From Rhizodiscina lignyota (Eukaryota), in the NCBI GenBank assembly GCA_010015805.1, contig ML978141.1, positions 186,001-250,000 of the forward strand: 64,000 nt of DNA, given 5' to 3'. Position numbers and translations under genes: made by a program. The notes under the pieces are model-generated. The model was not told the DNA's origin, ran no database searches, and saw nothing but the letters and a program-made list of their open reading frames with translations. Positions 53,588 to 64,000 of the stretch are shown piece by piece (position 1 is the first letter of the stretch; each line of letters begins with the position of its first letter).

Positions 53588-55411
53588 TCACGATGTCTCC
53601 GCTCCTCCCATATGCCCAGCGGCTATGTATGCAAAGGTTAAAGCGGGACCCAACGTAGCTCCAGCGCCAGCATAAGTCCTCCCCATCACGCTTGCAGAGG
53701 AATTTCCTACGGCATACAAGCCTGAGATGACTTCCGTCTTTCCATTCTTCGAGTTCTTCAGAGCCCTCCCATATTCATCAGTGAGGACACCTCCTTTCGT
53801 CCCTAGATCTCCCGGCCAGATTCGAAGCGCGTAGAATGGGGCCGAGTCAATACCGCCCAGATTCGGGTTCGGCTTGTGTGTTGGATCTCCAATGAAGTTG
53901 TCGTAGTAGCTGCGGCCCCGGTTGAAATCTTCATCGACTCCTTTCGCGGCAAATCCGTTGAACCGTGAGACTGTACTTTGCAGCGCGGAGTCATCGATGC
54001 TCAACTTTTCTGCCAATTCTTTCAATGTCGCCGCTTTGGTGATCATTCCAGAGTCTAGTGCGGACTGAGGCGTGATGCCAGGTAAGAATTTGGTGGCCAA
54101 CAAATAGCTGTTCCGATGATTTGTATCGAGGATGAGATACGCTGGTACGGCAGAACCTGGAACTGCCTTGTTCTGATCCCAGAGAGCGCGTCCAAATGCG
54201 TTGTAACTCTGAGCCTCGTTCGTGAAGCGCTGGCCCTTGTTGTCTACAATGATTGAATGCGGCAAGGCTCGCTCGTAAATTGTCCAGTATGGCTGACCTG
54301 TAGCCGGATCCACAATTGTAGCGCCCCACCAAGCTTCGTCCAGAAGTGCTGTTGCAGCTCCGATATTCATTGCGGCAGTGATGGCTTCCCCGGTATCAGT
54401 GGGGCTCGCACTTGTCCACTCTGCACTTATACCGGGAGCTTGGAATCTTTTTCGCATTTCCGAGTTCCTCGAAAATCCACCTGCGGCCAGGAGAACACCC
54501 TTGGGAGCATCAATCACTATTTCCTCTCCGCCTTGCTTCTGAATAACGGCGCCAGTGACCCTACCGTCTTGAACCACAAGTTCCTTCATCGGGGAGTCGG
54601 TCCAGATTGGAATGTCGTTTTGGAGACACAGGTAGAGCAGCTGTCCGGTCATTGAAACGCCGATCGTGACTGGCCACTGGCCCAAGATGGTTCGCGAGTA
54701 CTTGCGCAATCCGAAAATCTCCATAGCGGTAAAGGTGCCTTCCCACGAGCCTCTGATGCGGACCAATTTGGCCAATTCGAAAGTGTGCATTGGGACTGTT
54801 GGAGGCCGGATGGGGTTAAAATTAAGTTTGTCCTTCCATTCTCCGAGTTTGTTGAGATCGAAAAGGCGCGGTTCAACGGTTCGTCCGCCGGTCTTGCCGC
54901 CAGGAGCCTCTGGAAAGTAGTCTGGATAGCCTTTGGATGGCATCCACCGATATCCCTGGTCGGCGAGAAACTTTACCATCCTCGGTCCGTTTTCTAAGAA
55001 TGCAACTTTCCTTTCTCGAGAAGATGCTGGCCCAACATCCTCGACAACACTTTCCAGATATTTGAGTGCCTCCTCAGGGCTATCGTCAACGCCACTGTGA
55101 ATGCCGCTATTCGGGATCCAGAGTCCTCCGCCGGAGTATGCGGATGTACCGCCAATCTTCGATGCTTTCTCAACAATCAGCGGCGAGAGTCCGAGTGATT
55201 TGGCGCGCAAAGCAGCGGTCATTGCCGCCGCTCCTGATCCTATAATGAGAACATCCGGTTTGATGTTTTTGTCGCCATCGCGCAACTGAGAAGAGAAAGC
55301 TCCTCGATTGGATGTTAGATTATACATGCGAATTGTGAGAACTGCGGCCGCTGCTCCGCTGCCAATAACAAGAACATTGCGGGCGGTACGCCAGGACAAT
55401 AACCTTGGCAT
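53588..55411 (-). CDS. kstD: 3-ketosteroid delta1-dehydrogenase (KstD; FAD_binding_2 flavoprotein)
   Basis: Intronless. DVLIIGSG, GGTSAYSGGGLWIP, YPDY, LAAGGF, RFTNEAQSY, GDLGTKGG and GRTYAGAGATLGPA; the catalytic Tyr/Gly positions of KstD appear retained. Confidence 0.85.
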   Translation of the reverse strand: MPRLLSWRTARNVLVIGSGAAAAVLTIRMYNLTSNRGAFSSQLRDGDKNIKPDVLIIGSGAAAMTAALRAKSLGLSPLIVEKASKIGGTSAYSGGGLWIPNSGIHSGVDDSPEEALKYLESVVEDVGPASSRERKVAFLENGPRMVKFLADQGYRWMPSKGYPDYFPEAPGGKTGGRTVEPRLFDLNKLGEWKDKLNFNPIRPPTVPMHTFELAKLVRIRGSWEGTFTAMEIFGLRKYSRTILGQWPVTIGVSMTGQLLYLCLQNDIPIWTDSPMKELVVQDGRVTGAVIQKQGGEEIVIDAPKGVLLAAGGFSRNSEMRKRFQAPGISAEWTSASPTDTGEAITAAMNIGAATALLDEAWWGATIVDPATGQPYWTIYERALPHSIIVDNKGQRFTNEAQSYNAFGRALWDQNKAVPGSAVPAYLILDTNHRNSYLLATKFLPGITPQSALDSGMITKAATLKELAEKLSIDDSALQSTVSRFNGFAAKGVDEDFNRGRSYYDNFIGDPTHKPNPNLGGIDSAPFYALRIWPGDLGTKGGVLTDEYGRALKNSKNGKTEVISGLYAVGNSSASVMGRTYAGAGATLGPALTFAYIAAGHMGGAETS

Positions 55412-56482
55412 CGCCGTGGAATTCGATTAAACTGGCCGGAGTTGTCGAAGGTAGTTGGAATTAATAGTGTTCTGCTTCACTATGTGGAATGTATCAGAAG
55501 AACGATGTCGAGTGTCCAGGTAGTCAAAATGGTGTGAGCGAATTCGAAAGCGAGCACTTCGAAAGATACGACGAGCAGAAAGGATGACTGGGGGAGTAAG
55601 TAAAAGCTGAAGAGCTTGAAAACAAATAAGAAAGCCCACTGCCCGACTCTGCTCATGCGCTTCCACATTTCCAGACTTCCCCAGCCTTCTGGAATTGGGT
55701 TCGCGGAGAACCTTCTCCGTACAAACTGGGAGGACGAGTGCCATATGGCTGGTAAGTCAATTTGGCAGAAATTGAAGAGCAGGATGTGAGTGCAAAGTCA
55801 TCGTTTCCTGGGAATATTGCAAACGCAAAGTATTGTCAAATTTATGGTGTGTCAAGGTACGGGGTGTCCGTGTGAGATAGCTGGACGGGTGCAATCGCGC
55901 AGGAGTGTGCGGTCTTGATGTAGATTACCGTGCCTTGGATGATTGCTGCCATGGGAATAGCAGCTTCTTCTGCAGTACTAGCTTGCTGTCAGACTGAGCT
56001 CAATTCAAGCGATGTGGTGAATCGTTGAGTGGCGTAGAACGCGCTTCGACGCGAGACGTGACGCGTTCAAGTTCCGCAAACCTCCGCTACGATGCGCGGG
56101 GTGGAGCTCAACATTGTCAAATAACTTAAATGAGGCGTCACCAGACGCGCCGTATTCTCGATGATTTTACAATACCATCTTTCAAACGATTCAAAGACAG
56201 TACAAACGTTGTGAGTTTTGTTAATCTCAGATCATGGTCGGATATCACTCTCTCAATCAACGTGTGTTCAGACACTCCCTTCACCTTCGCTGGAAACCAA
56301 GGGCGGGCTACCTGTTCATCTAAATTGGCATGAAGTGGTTGAAGCAATGGGGAACGCAGAAAGATTATTTCAGCTCTCTGCAAGCTGCAATCTCATATTA
56401 CAAATCTTTCCCCCGTGAGACGGACAGGAAAGACATGCGATGAGCACACAACCTTATCCTTTCCCTCCCCACATGAGCAGTT

Positions 56483-58215
56483 CTATTCAGTCTGTTTCCT
56501 CGCTTCATTTAATGAGTGACCGGCTCGAGCCCTTTGAGGTGCTGATGTATGAGGCCGTTCGATATCCGAACGCTCTGCAAATGACCGGAGGATGTCTTCT
56601 TCTTTTCGCTTTGACGTCAAGTACCACCAGAGATGTATTGCAAGCGTGAGCAAAACAGTGACGAGCCAGTACAACCATATCCACCAAGACACCACCTTGC
56701 TATCTCGACCGCCTTGGAAGTTGAAGAAACTTGTGCTGAATAATGTCTGCCACCGAGTCAGTCCTCTCACTCTTCCTTTATCGTTATTCGATAATATATT
56801 CAAAGCGCAGACAACATACCGCCGTAAACGTCGCAGGGAGGAAGAGTGTAGTCACACCGGAAATGATCCGCATCGTTGCACTGTCCCGCGACGTTGCAAT
56901 TGCAATCTCCTTCGAATCTCGCGCAAGCGCTTGCATTGCAATATTGTCCTCTCGACTGACCTCGGCAATCTTCAACGAGTTATGGGCCAGTTCAAGATTG
57001 CTCGCACTATCTCTCTGGGCGATGAGATTGTAGACCTGTCAGACATTAAACTCCGCTTTGCTCTACTTCCAAGAAGAAGACTTGTCTTACGTTCTGAACT
57101 TGAGCTTGTGATCTTTGCGAAAGGTATGTTGTGTGATCCTGAACGCTTTCGAAGAACGATACGAGTGTCCTGAGCTTAGAGTGTACACCAACTCGGTTGG
57201 GATCTATCACCAATGAGGAACCCAGGAAAGGAGAAACAAGCGCACCACTGACAAAATCGATTGTTGACAAGTGGTCTTTAACGCTCATGTTGGAATATGC
57301 TAGCTCCGCAGAAAGGCTCGTAAGTTCTTGCGTTATGCGATCAAAGTCGAGTGACTTCAAATCGGGCTGTTCTCCTGCAGCAGCTCTCCGATTAGACGCA
57401 TCTCCGTGAATTTTCGTCATTTGTTCGATTGACATGATTCGTTGGTGGCATTCGTCGATGTAAAATCTCGAACGTTCCGCCCGCAAATCCATCAAAATCG
57501 CTGGCACCAGCTCCGGAAAAGGGAACAGGTTTGCTGCCTGTCGTAGGTATGTGCAAAACTGTACTTGTTCAGGCTTCGTTAGGCCATAAAGAAACACAAA
57601 CGTTGCGCGTCGCTCTTTCGAATGAGTTATTGTTGTCGTAAAGTTGACTGATGAGCTGTAACAGCTCTGGAGGACGTAACCTAGCGTATCTGTTAGAACG
57701 CCGAGCTTGCAGTAGAGTCATCGTCTTGCTTTGTATATCTTTTTCTGATCCGTTGTCGTGTCCCGAATACGACGCGCGAGTCGGCTCGTTCCTTTGAAGG
57801 ATTTGGAGATAGCCTCGTGGTACGAGCGTGGTGTCGACCAGAGACTCAAACGTAGCCCGTCGAAGCTGGAGCGGTAATAAAGAAACTCGTCCTAGAGAAT
57901 CTCTCGCACATTGTGGCATACTGAAGTGGTTAGAGATTGAGAATCTGGGAGAATGATCAATCGTACAGTATGCGAAGACAATCGGGTCTACCATCGCCCT
58001 TTGCGAGCCAGCTGCTCAGATCGTCAGATTCGAGATCGTCAGATTCGAATTTGACCTCATCTGTTGTCTGTAATGTAATCAGAATTCCACTACAGAATGT
58101 GGTTGAGTTGCTGTTCAAATACTGATTCTTTCGTGATATCCACGAATCGTAGGATTTCTGAACCAGTGAAAGTATCCCCACGCTTTATGAGCCTGCTGTA
58201 GAAGTATTCATCCAT
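56483..58215 (-). CDS. CorA-like C-terminal two-TM membrane protein, about 6 exons
   Basis: The spliced model ends QAQVQN|VYNLIAQRD...DSATMRIISGVTTLFLPATFTA|TLFSTSFFNF...WIWLYWLVTVLLT, typical of fungal CorA-like proteins. The 5' exons are less certain. Confidence 0.7.
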
Positions 58216-58681
58216 TGGGATATCAGGCAGCTACACCAAGAGCACCATGCCCGTGGAGATGCAGATCAAGCAATTTTTATTGAAGCCAGAATCATCTCAT
58301 GTGCTTTGCGCTCAGGGGCTGATGGTGCAGCCACATTCAGCCACCTCAGCTCCCTGTTAGACGTCCTCCGAAATTTCACCCGGACACGGAGAGTTTTCAA
58401 ACTCCTCTCCGTCTTGACACAACAATCGTACTATCAACCCTTTACCGGAAGTGACAACAGTCAATAAACATCTTTTGTGACATTGAACATGATGAGGAAC
58501 CTATTCAAACCATACTCCTAGCCTTCAGGACCTGATGCCGCTCTTACTAAGGCTGGCATGAGCCTACTTCCAAGTCGGGGCTAGTTGTTCGCATTTTCTC
58601 ACCGGTAGATAAGTCGCCGAATATCATTTCTGAGTTACGGAATGGTCTCGTTTTGCATCTTTTTAATACAATGGAAATGCC

Positions 58682-60484
58682 ATGCAGCAGTTTGAGTACA
58701 CGGAGTTGCCAGACCCAAAAGCCTATATTCGACTACTCAAATTCCTAAGGTCAACAGACCGCGAAAGTCATGAGCATGGCATTGGGTCGATTCGTTGTAC
58801 CCTCACAGACGTGGCCGATCAAACGCAGACAACGTATTATGCGCTTTCTTACACCTGGGGAGAGGAGACTGACCGAAAAGAGATTGAGCTCAACGGCTGT
58901 CGTTTTGAGGTGACCAACAATCTCTACGAATTCCTGTCTGTCATTCGAGACAGTGAAGGCGATATCCAATTGTGGATTGATGCAATCTGTATCAACCAAT
59001 TCGACGATCTCGAGAAAGCCCGTCAAGTCGAACGGATGGGTGACATTTACCGTCATGCTGAAACAACCACATGTTGGCTAGGCCTTCCGGAAACCGAGGA
59101 CTTAGACAAGGCATTTGCCTTCCTTGAGTTTGTCGGCCGAGAAATCGGTTCTGTCACCAACAAGGGCAGATTTGACTGGGAACGCTTTCGCACGATGCAA
59201 GAACCCATTATCAACAGCTATTGGGCGCTTCTCCAGGACGACGTGGATCCTTCGAGCGAAAATGCCGTGGCTCGGAAATATTGGGACTTATTCCACGATG
59301 GCATCGATAGATTCATCGTCGCTCTGACAGTGCTATTTCAGCATCCGTATTGGAGCCGAGCTTGGGTGGTCCAAGAGGTCTTGCTTTCGACAAAGCTTAC
59401 AATTTGGTATGGTATTCGACGGATTCCTTGGGACATGTTTGAATTCCTGACAAATCCACTGTCTTTCAAGAACTGTCCTACGATCAATCGTTTCCATGCC
59501 GAAGACTTGATGGACCAGCGACGAAATCCTGAATACAGAGGCCATCTTCCTGAGATCCTTGTTCGTAACAAGCACACAAGATGCAAAGACCTCCGAGATC
59601 GAATATTTGCGTTCCTGAGCTTACCAAACGCCATAGATGAGCCGCAAATCAAAGTGAACTATGCAATGACCTTGGAAGATCTATACACGCACGTTCTCAG
59701 CCGGTATCTTAACTACGCATATGTGAGCGACCTGGCGCAGGAGCTATCCAATGAATTCAAGATTGAGTCATCATCTTCACCTTCAGGACTCATGCAGAAA
59801 TCTTCGGGACAGACAATGCCACTTCATTTCAGAGGAAGGATAGCTGCGGTGTGGCCAGTGTTCCAGGCTCTTCGGGGTCCGGGCTCTCGAGGATATCTTT
59901 ATCAATACAAATATTTCACAACTAATCGATGGCGGGCAATCCCCGACACAGAAGACGTCGTATCTACATTTGACTCTGATCGGGGAGTGTGGGATTGGAA
60001 AGCCGATAGAGGCGAACCAAGGTATCCACGGGACCCCGGATTTGATGGCATTTGCGACGGAGCAATATGGCCAGGCGATCAACTATTTCAGGTCGAGAAT
60101 CTTGCTGTGGGAGTCATAGCCCGACGCACCACGGATCCAGGTCAGCTCTTCGTCGTAAGCAAAGCGGCCATCGCTCATCCGGAAGCAGTGAGGTTTCCAC
60201 CTCCGGACCATGCTCCACTGACTCTCCAAGGAACCTGGAACCCTTTCGGCGTACGCTTCGAAACGGGTTCCCCACAAAAGCTGTTTGAATCTGGCCAATC
60301 TTCGTCCGTTTTTGCCTTGCTCCAGGAGGAAGGAAAATGGCGAGAGTGGAGAAATGCAGTCTTGGAGCAGAAGCTGCAACTTTTGAGGGAAATACGCACC
60401 AGCGCCAGAGAGCGGCGTCTCGCAGCGGGAGATGAGTCCATATACATGGCTCAAGGATCGAGAAGCCGAAATGGTGGTGGGTGA
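58682..60484 (+). CDS. HET domain protein, HET-6-like
   Basis: IRLL, YYALSYTWG, VTNNLYEFL, LWIDAICINQ, QVERMGDIYRHA, YWSRAWVVQEV and DLRDRIFAFL. Confidence 0.9.
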   Translation: MQQFEYTELPDPKAYIRLLKFLRSTDRESHEHGIGSIRCTLTDVADQTQTTYYALSYTWGEETDRKEIELNGCRFEVTNNLYEFLSVIRDSEGDIQLWIDAICINQFDDLEKARQVERMGDIYRHAETTTCWLGLPETEDLDKAFAFLEFVGREIGSVTNKGRFDWERFRTMQEPIINSYWALLQDDVDPSSENAVARKYWDLFHDGIDRFIVALTVLFQHPYWSRAWVVQEVLLSTKLTIWYGIRRIPWDMFEFLTNPLSFKNCPTINRFHAEDLMDQRRNPEYRGHLPEILVRNKHTRCKDLRDRIFAFLSLPNAIDEPQIKVNYAMTLEDLYTHVLSRYLNYAYVSDLAQELSNEFKIESSSSPSGLMQKSSGQTMPLHFRGRIAAVWPVFQALRGPGSRGYLYQYKYFTTNRWRAIPDTEDVVSTFDSDRGVWDWKADRGEPRYPRDPGFDGICDGAIWPGDQLFQVENLAVGVIARRTTDPGQLFVVSKAAIAHPEAVRFPPPDHAPLTLQGTWNPFGVRFETGSPQKLFESGQSSSVFALLQEEGKWREWRNAVLEQKLQLLREIRTSARERRLAAGDESIYMAQGSRSRNGGG

Positions 60485-60603
60485 AAGTCTGGAAGATCCG
60501 GTGAACAGTATGAGAACCCATCAGTATATTACAGCCAACTCATCACACATTACATCGTAGATACATGATACGTCATTGCTTCTTGGTAGATCGTACAGAT
60601 TCA

Positions 60604-61849
60604 TCATCTTTCACCTTTTCGTGCTGGCAGCCGCATCGGCAACTGGATCTTTCCAAACTCTCTTATGCCCTCCGCACCAACTCTTCGCACTTCTGCAACT
60701 GCGTCACCGAGTAGCACTCGTATCGCTCCTTCTAAGCGTCGGTCTTGTTTCCGCCGCATCCAAAGCAGCGCGACGCATAGTGCCAGGATATTAAAGCCAA
60801 TAAACTTGACCAAGCCCCATAAAACCCAACTGAACCATCCATATATCGAATACCTTCGGCCACGGCTGAATAACCTTCGTGATTCAAGCTGTTCGCGTAA
60901 AGCTGAGACCTCGGCAGTAAGCTTGATAAGATTGGCTTCCACTCTCTTTCGCCATTTCTGGTCATTCGAGTCGCGTCGTGTGGGAGGTGGTCGATCTGAT
61001 GACCTCTGCCGGCTTACGTCCTCGCATCCTTTGTCCTTTCCTACCCTCGCAGGTGGTTCTATAGGTGATGGTGATGTAGCGTTGTATTGTGAGTCTGGAG
61101 CGTCCACGAATTCGGCATTCTCGTCTTCATCATCATCGTCCAAATCTTCCTCCTGCGATTCCGACATTGGACTCAGGACTCTCATTGGTGCATCGTCCTT
61201 CCTCCCCGATGACCTCCCCTCTCTTGACTGTCCTGTGTCGTCCAAAGTTGCATAACTCGGCGCATCTTGTAGCCCCACACCGGTCCCCATTGTCTGTAGT
61301 GGGCTGCTACTTGAGCTGCTCGGCACGTTGCTCTTTATCTGGTCCCACACAAATTCTAATTCGCTGACCAATTCTCGAGCGTCTGGAGTCGGTGCAGCAT
61401 ACTTGTGCATAGTATCAATCAACGTCGAGATGTATCGGCGCTTCGCTTCTGTCCGCGACAGACCGGCTTGCGCTTGCCAGGCATCGTACTTCTCTCGCGC
61501 GCGTTTCGCTGCGTCTGAATCGCCTGAGGGTCGGGGGAGGATGCCGTCTACGTCGCCTTCTGTAAAACTGTCAATAATCCTTCGAGGACATGCATGCGCG
61601 GAGGCTCGAAGCGGGGGAGGTGCGCCTTCCGACGGAGGGGAGAGACGTACCCATTGCTTGCTTGTACAGCCCGTACAGCTTGAGCCGCATCGCCGCAGGT
61701 GGCTTCTCAGAGCCTGTTCGTATCTTGTTGACAGTATTGAGGGCATGGCTGAATACGCGGTCTGGAGAATAAATTTTGCAAGCTCAGCATGTGAAGTTTG
61801 CAATGGAATGACGAAGTGGTGTAGCTCGCTTACCTACGGAGTCTGACAT
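60604..61849 (-). CDS. Tail-anchored acyl-CoA-binding protein (Atg37/ACBD5-like), 3 exons
   Basis: The spliced N-terminus MSDSVDRVFSHALNTVNKI...RLKLYGLYKQAMEGDV...KYDAW...AKRRYISTL is an ACBP domain, followed by a coiled coil and a C-terminal TM with basic flank. Confidence 0.88.
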
Positions 61850-63605
61850 GTCTTCACGACGGTGTGATTGCTGCGGCAAGGCGCGGCGCTCTAACCGACG
61901 AGCCTAATAAAAGAAAAGTGATTAAGGATGGGCGCGACTTGAATATAGATTGCATTGCTGATACCCATGTTGTGGCCGATGGATGATGCGGGCACGCGAG
62001 CTTGGAGATGGATTTGCCGCGGCATTGCTCGCCGAGCGCGGAAGTCTGTCCGCTATATATAAACATTTTGATATCACTCTCGCTGTATATCGGTTCAATT
62101 AAATAGTCTGATCTACCATAACTTACAGGATAAGTTCACATTTAATTATCAACTGTGCGACTGTGCGAGAGTGGATATGCATTTCGAGAAATGACACTAT
62201 CGTACCTCCCTTGGGCCGATCTACATATTCATACAACAGGACAATGGAGACTTTCACTATGGAAATCACTCACTTAATACAACAGGAATTGGACCTCTTT
62301 CTCAGTTCTTGAGAAGAGTGAACGTGAAGATTAATGCTCGAACATGAGTGCCGCCGTTGAGTGCGATACTCGAATCTATGTTTCTATCGGATGCTCGCCA
62401 GCATGAGCTCGTGAAGATACAAACAAATAGTCCATTAAAACAGATATATGATGATGTTTCAGCAGTCGAGGCGCAAGTGTGGTTGTCCATGATGCGCAAA
62501 GTACGTTGGCAGCGCTTCGACTGAATAGGAACGTAATGGCGTCGATCTGCCAGAGGCTTCCCCCCAAGAAGCCCTCGTTTCCACGTCGGTGTCACCTAAT
62601 GGCTTGGCTACTGAACTGCAGCGGCTGCTGGCTAAGTCGGATGTTGGTGTTCTGAATTGACAGCAGCAGTCTTGCTGGCGAGTCGTGGATTGGTGACTCA
62701 TTGCGGTACATGCAGAGTTCGTTTGAATCTCTGGCTCGCATGCCTCAGGTCCTCAAACCTCTCCCGCTGTGCCTCGCCGCGTGCTTCGCCCTCATTCTAT
62801 TTCCTCGCTAACCGCAATCCTTCGTTGTTGACAGTCAGAGAATGCTCAGGGCCCGCAGTCGTGGCAAACAATTAAGTTCCACTAGTTACCGGTTTGTGGA
62901 AGAACTGATTTTCTCGATAGCGCTGTGGTCCCCGTCTCTTAAGCCTGGTGCTGACCAGAGCGACTGACTGTGATGTTGCAAATCACTGTGTCTCCCTGGA
63001 ACGTGCCAAGTCTGCGTACTGAGCAATTTTGAAGCCTTTGAGAGACGGGCCTTTGCTGAATTGTATCTGAAGAGGATATGACACGTTTGTAACCGGTCCA
63101 CTAGGATAAAAGAATTTACCGAACATTGGATCCGAAGCTGGGCGATGAAGGCGGCAACTGTGATAGGAGTCCGCGCTCCAACCAAAACAATGCAGATTCA
63201 AGAGAGAGCGCATGAGACGAGGAAGGTCCACTAAGATGAGATTGATTGAAAAGCGTAGGTAGTGAAGCCAATGGGAACCGACAGGATAAAACCTTGTCAT
63301 GAAGCCAGTTCGACATTCGCATAGCCCTAAATCAACTTGAAAAGCGGACTGACTTCTCCAGATGTCGCTCATGTAAGCGTATACTGATGCCAGATCCAGG
63401 AACAGAAGTGTAGATTCTTTTCAAGGACGACTTGGTGAAAGCCAAAGCGTGCTTGTCTTGACTGATACTTCCAGTGTTCTGATCAAGCGGTCGTTGACTC
63501 TGAAGCTTCCAAGAATCAATGTTTATGACCATTTACACTCTTGCATTAAGCCCGAGTAAGTTGATAGTCTATGATTGATATTGAAATGCATCAAAAATCG
63601 TCTTA

Positions 63606-64000
63606 CTAGGAGTTCGTGATGCTTTCGTGCGAGTTTCCTTCGGAAGGCGCTTCATACGCGGGATCATTTCTTCCCATCTGGGCTGAGTAGCGTTTAAGAA
63701 CGCCGAGGAATTCCTCATCAAACTCTTCGTACCGGGGCAAGCCATCATCTGGAATCGAATACCATGCGGGTTTCGACTTGACAAAGATGTGCATTCCCAC
63801 TTTCGGTAAGAGTTCTGAACCTTTGGTAATCGTTCCAGCCGCTACGTGAGTCTTGTTGGGATAGCAGTCGTACTGAATTACCAGAGTGCCTCCACACTGC
63901 ACACAGAGCGATCGAGTAGCAATGTTGCTCACTCTGTACTTCGCCGTCGGTCCTTCCCAGACGATGGTGTCTCGTTTGATTCCGGTCCACGCTCCAAAAG
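63606..64000 (-). CDS. GFA/CENP-V (Mss4-like) family protein, 5' end outside the window
   Basis: Frame open to the window edge: FGAWTG...SNIATRSLCVQCGGTL...HIFVKSKPAWYSIPDDGLPRYEEF. Confidence 0.85.
   Translation of the reverse strand, partial: FGAWTGIKRDTIVWEGPTAKYRVSNIATRSLCVQCGGTLVIQYDCYPNKTHVAAGTITKGSELLPKVGMHIFVKSKPAWYSIPDDGLPRYEEFDEEFLGVLKRYSAQMGRNDPAYEAPSEGNSHESITNS

Noticed and set aside
58018..58047. 15-bp tandem duplication (ESDDL x2)
   Set aside because: An ordinary in-frame microduplication within the CorA-like gene.
62300..63532. Chain of minus-strand ORFs
   Set aside because: Interrupted by stops, with no recognisable domain or splice signals linking them.

Overview
Gene-dense DNA from a filamentous ascomycete, with short GT-AG introns carrying CTRAY branch points. 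The GAPDH sequence (MVVKVGING...[16 protein letters not shown]) resembles Dothideomycete orthologues, which is an inference. I reconstructed about 28 loci by hand, including introns. Housekeeping genes are NCE101, ATG8, HEM13, HDA1, GAPDH, COX5, RNH1, a PFK26-like gene, a DJ-1 family gene and an Atg37/ACBD5-like gene. Interleaved accessory genes are three HET-domain genes, a CYP52-clan P450, an FAD monooxygenase paired head-to-head with a Zn2Cys6 factor, an O-methyltransferase, a SAM methyltransferase, a 3-ketosteroid delta1-dehydrogenase, a CorA-like membrane protein, a GFA protein and a small secreted Cys peptide. There are also three disrupted loci. I recognised no tRNA, rRNA, transposon or CRISPR. 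The most notable observations are: (1) an otherwise intact methyltransferase interrupted by a single in-frame TAG at a probable Trp position, in a readthrough- or editing-like context; (2) a hidden 27-nt first exon that gives RNase H1 a mitochondrial presequence ahead of a second, nuclear-type ATG; (3) three GC-AG introns among about 40; (4) three CGG-N5-CCG sites in the monooxygenase/TF divergent promoter; (5) a duplicated Rossmann motif at the KstD N-terminus; and (6) an in-frame uORF upstream of the PFK26-like gene. All exon boundaries are manual inferences.
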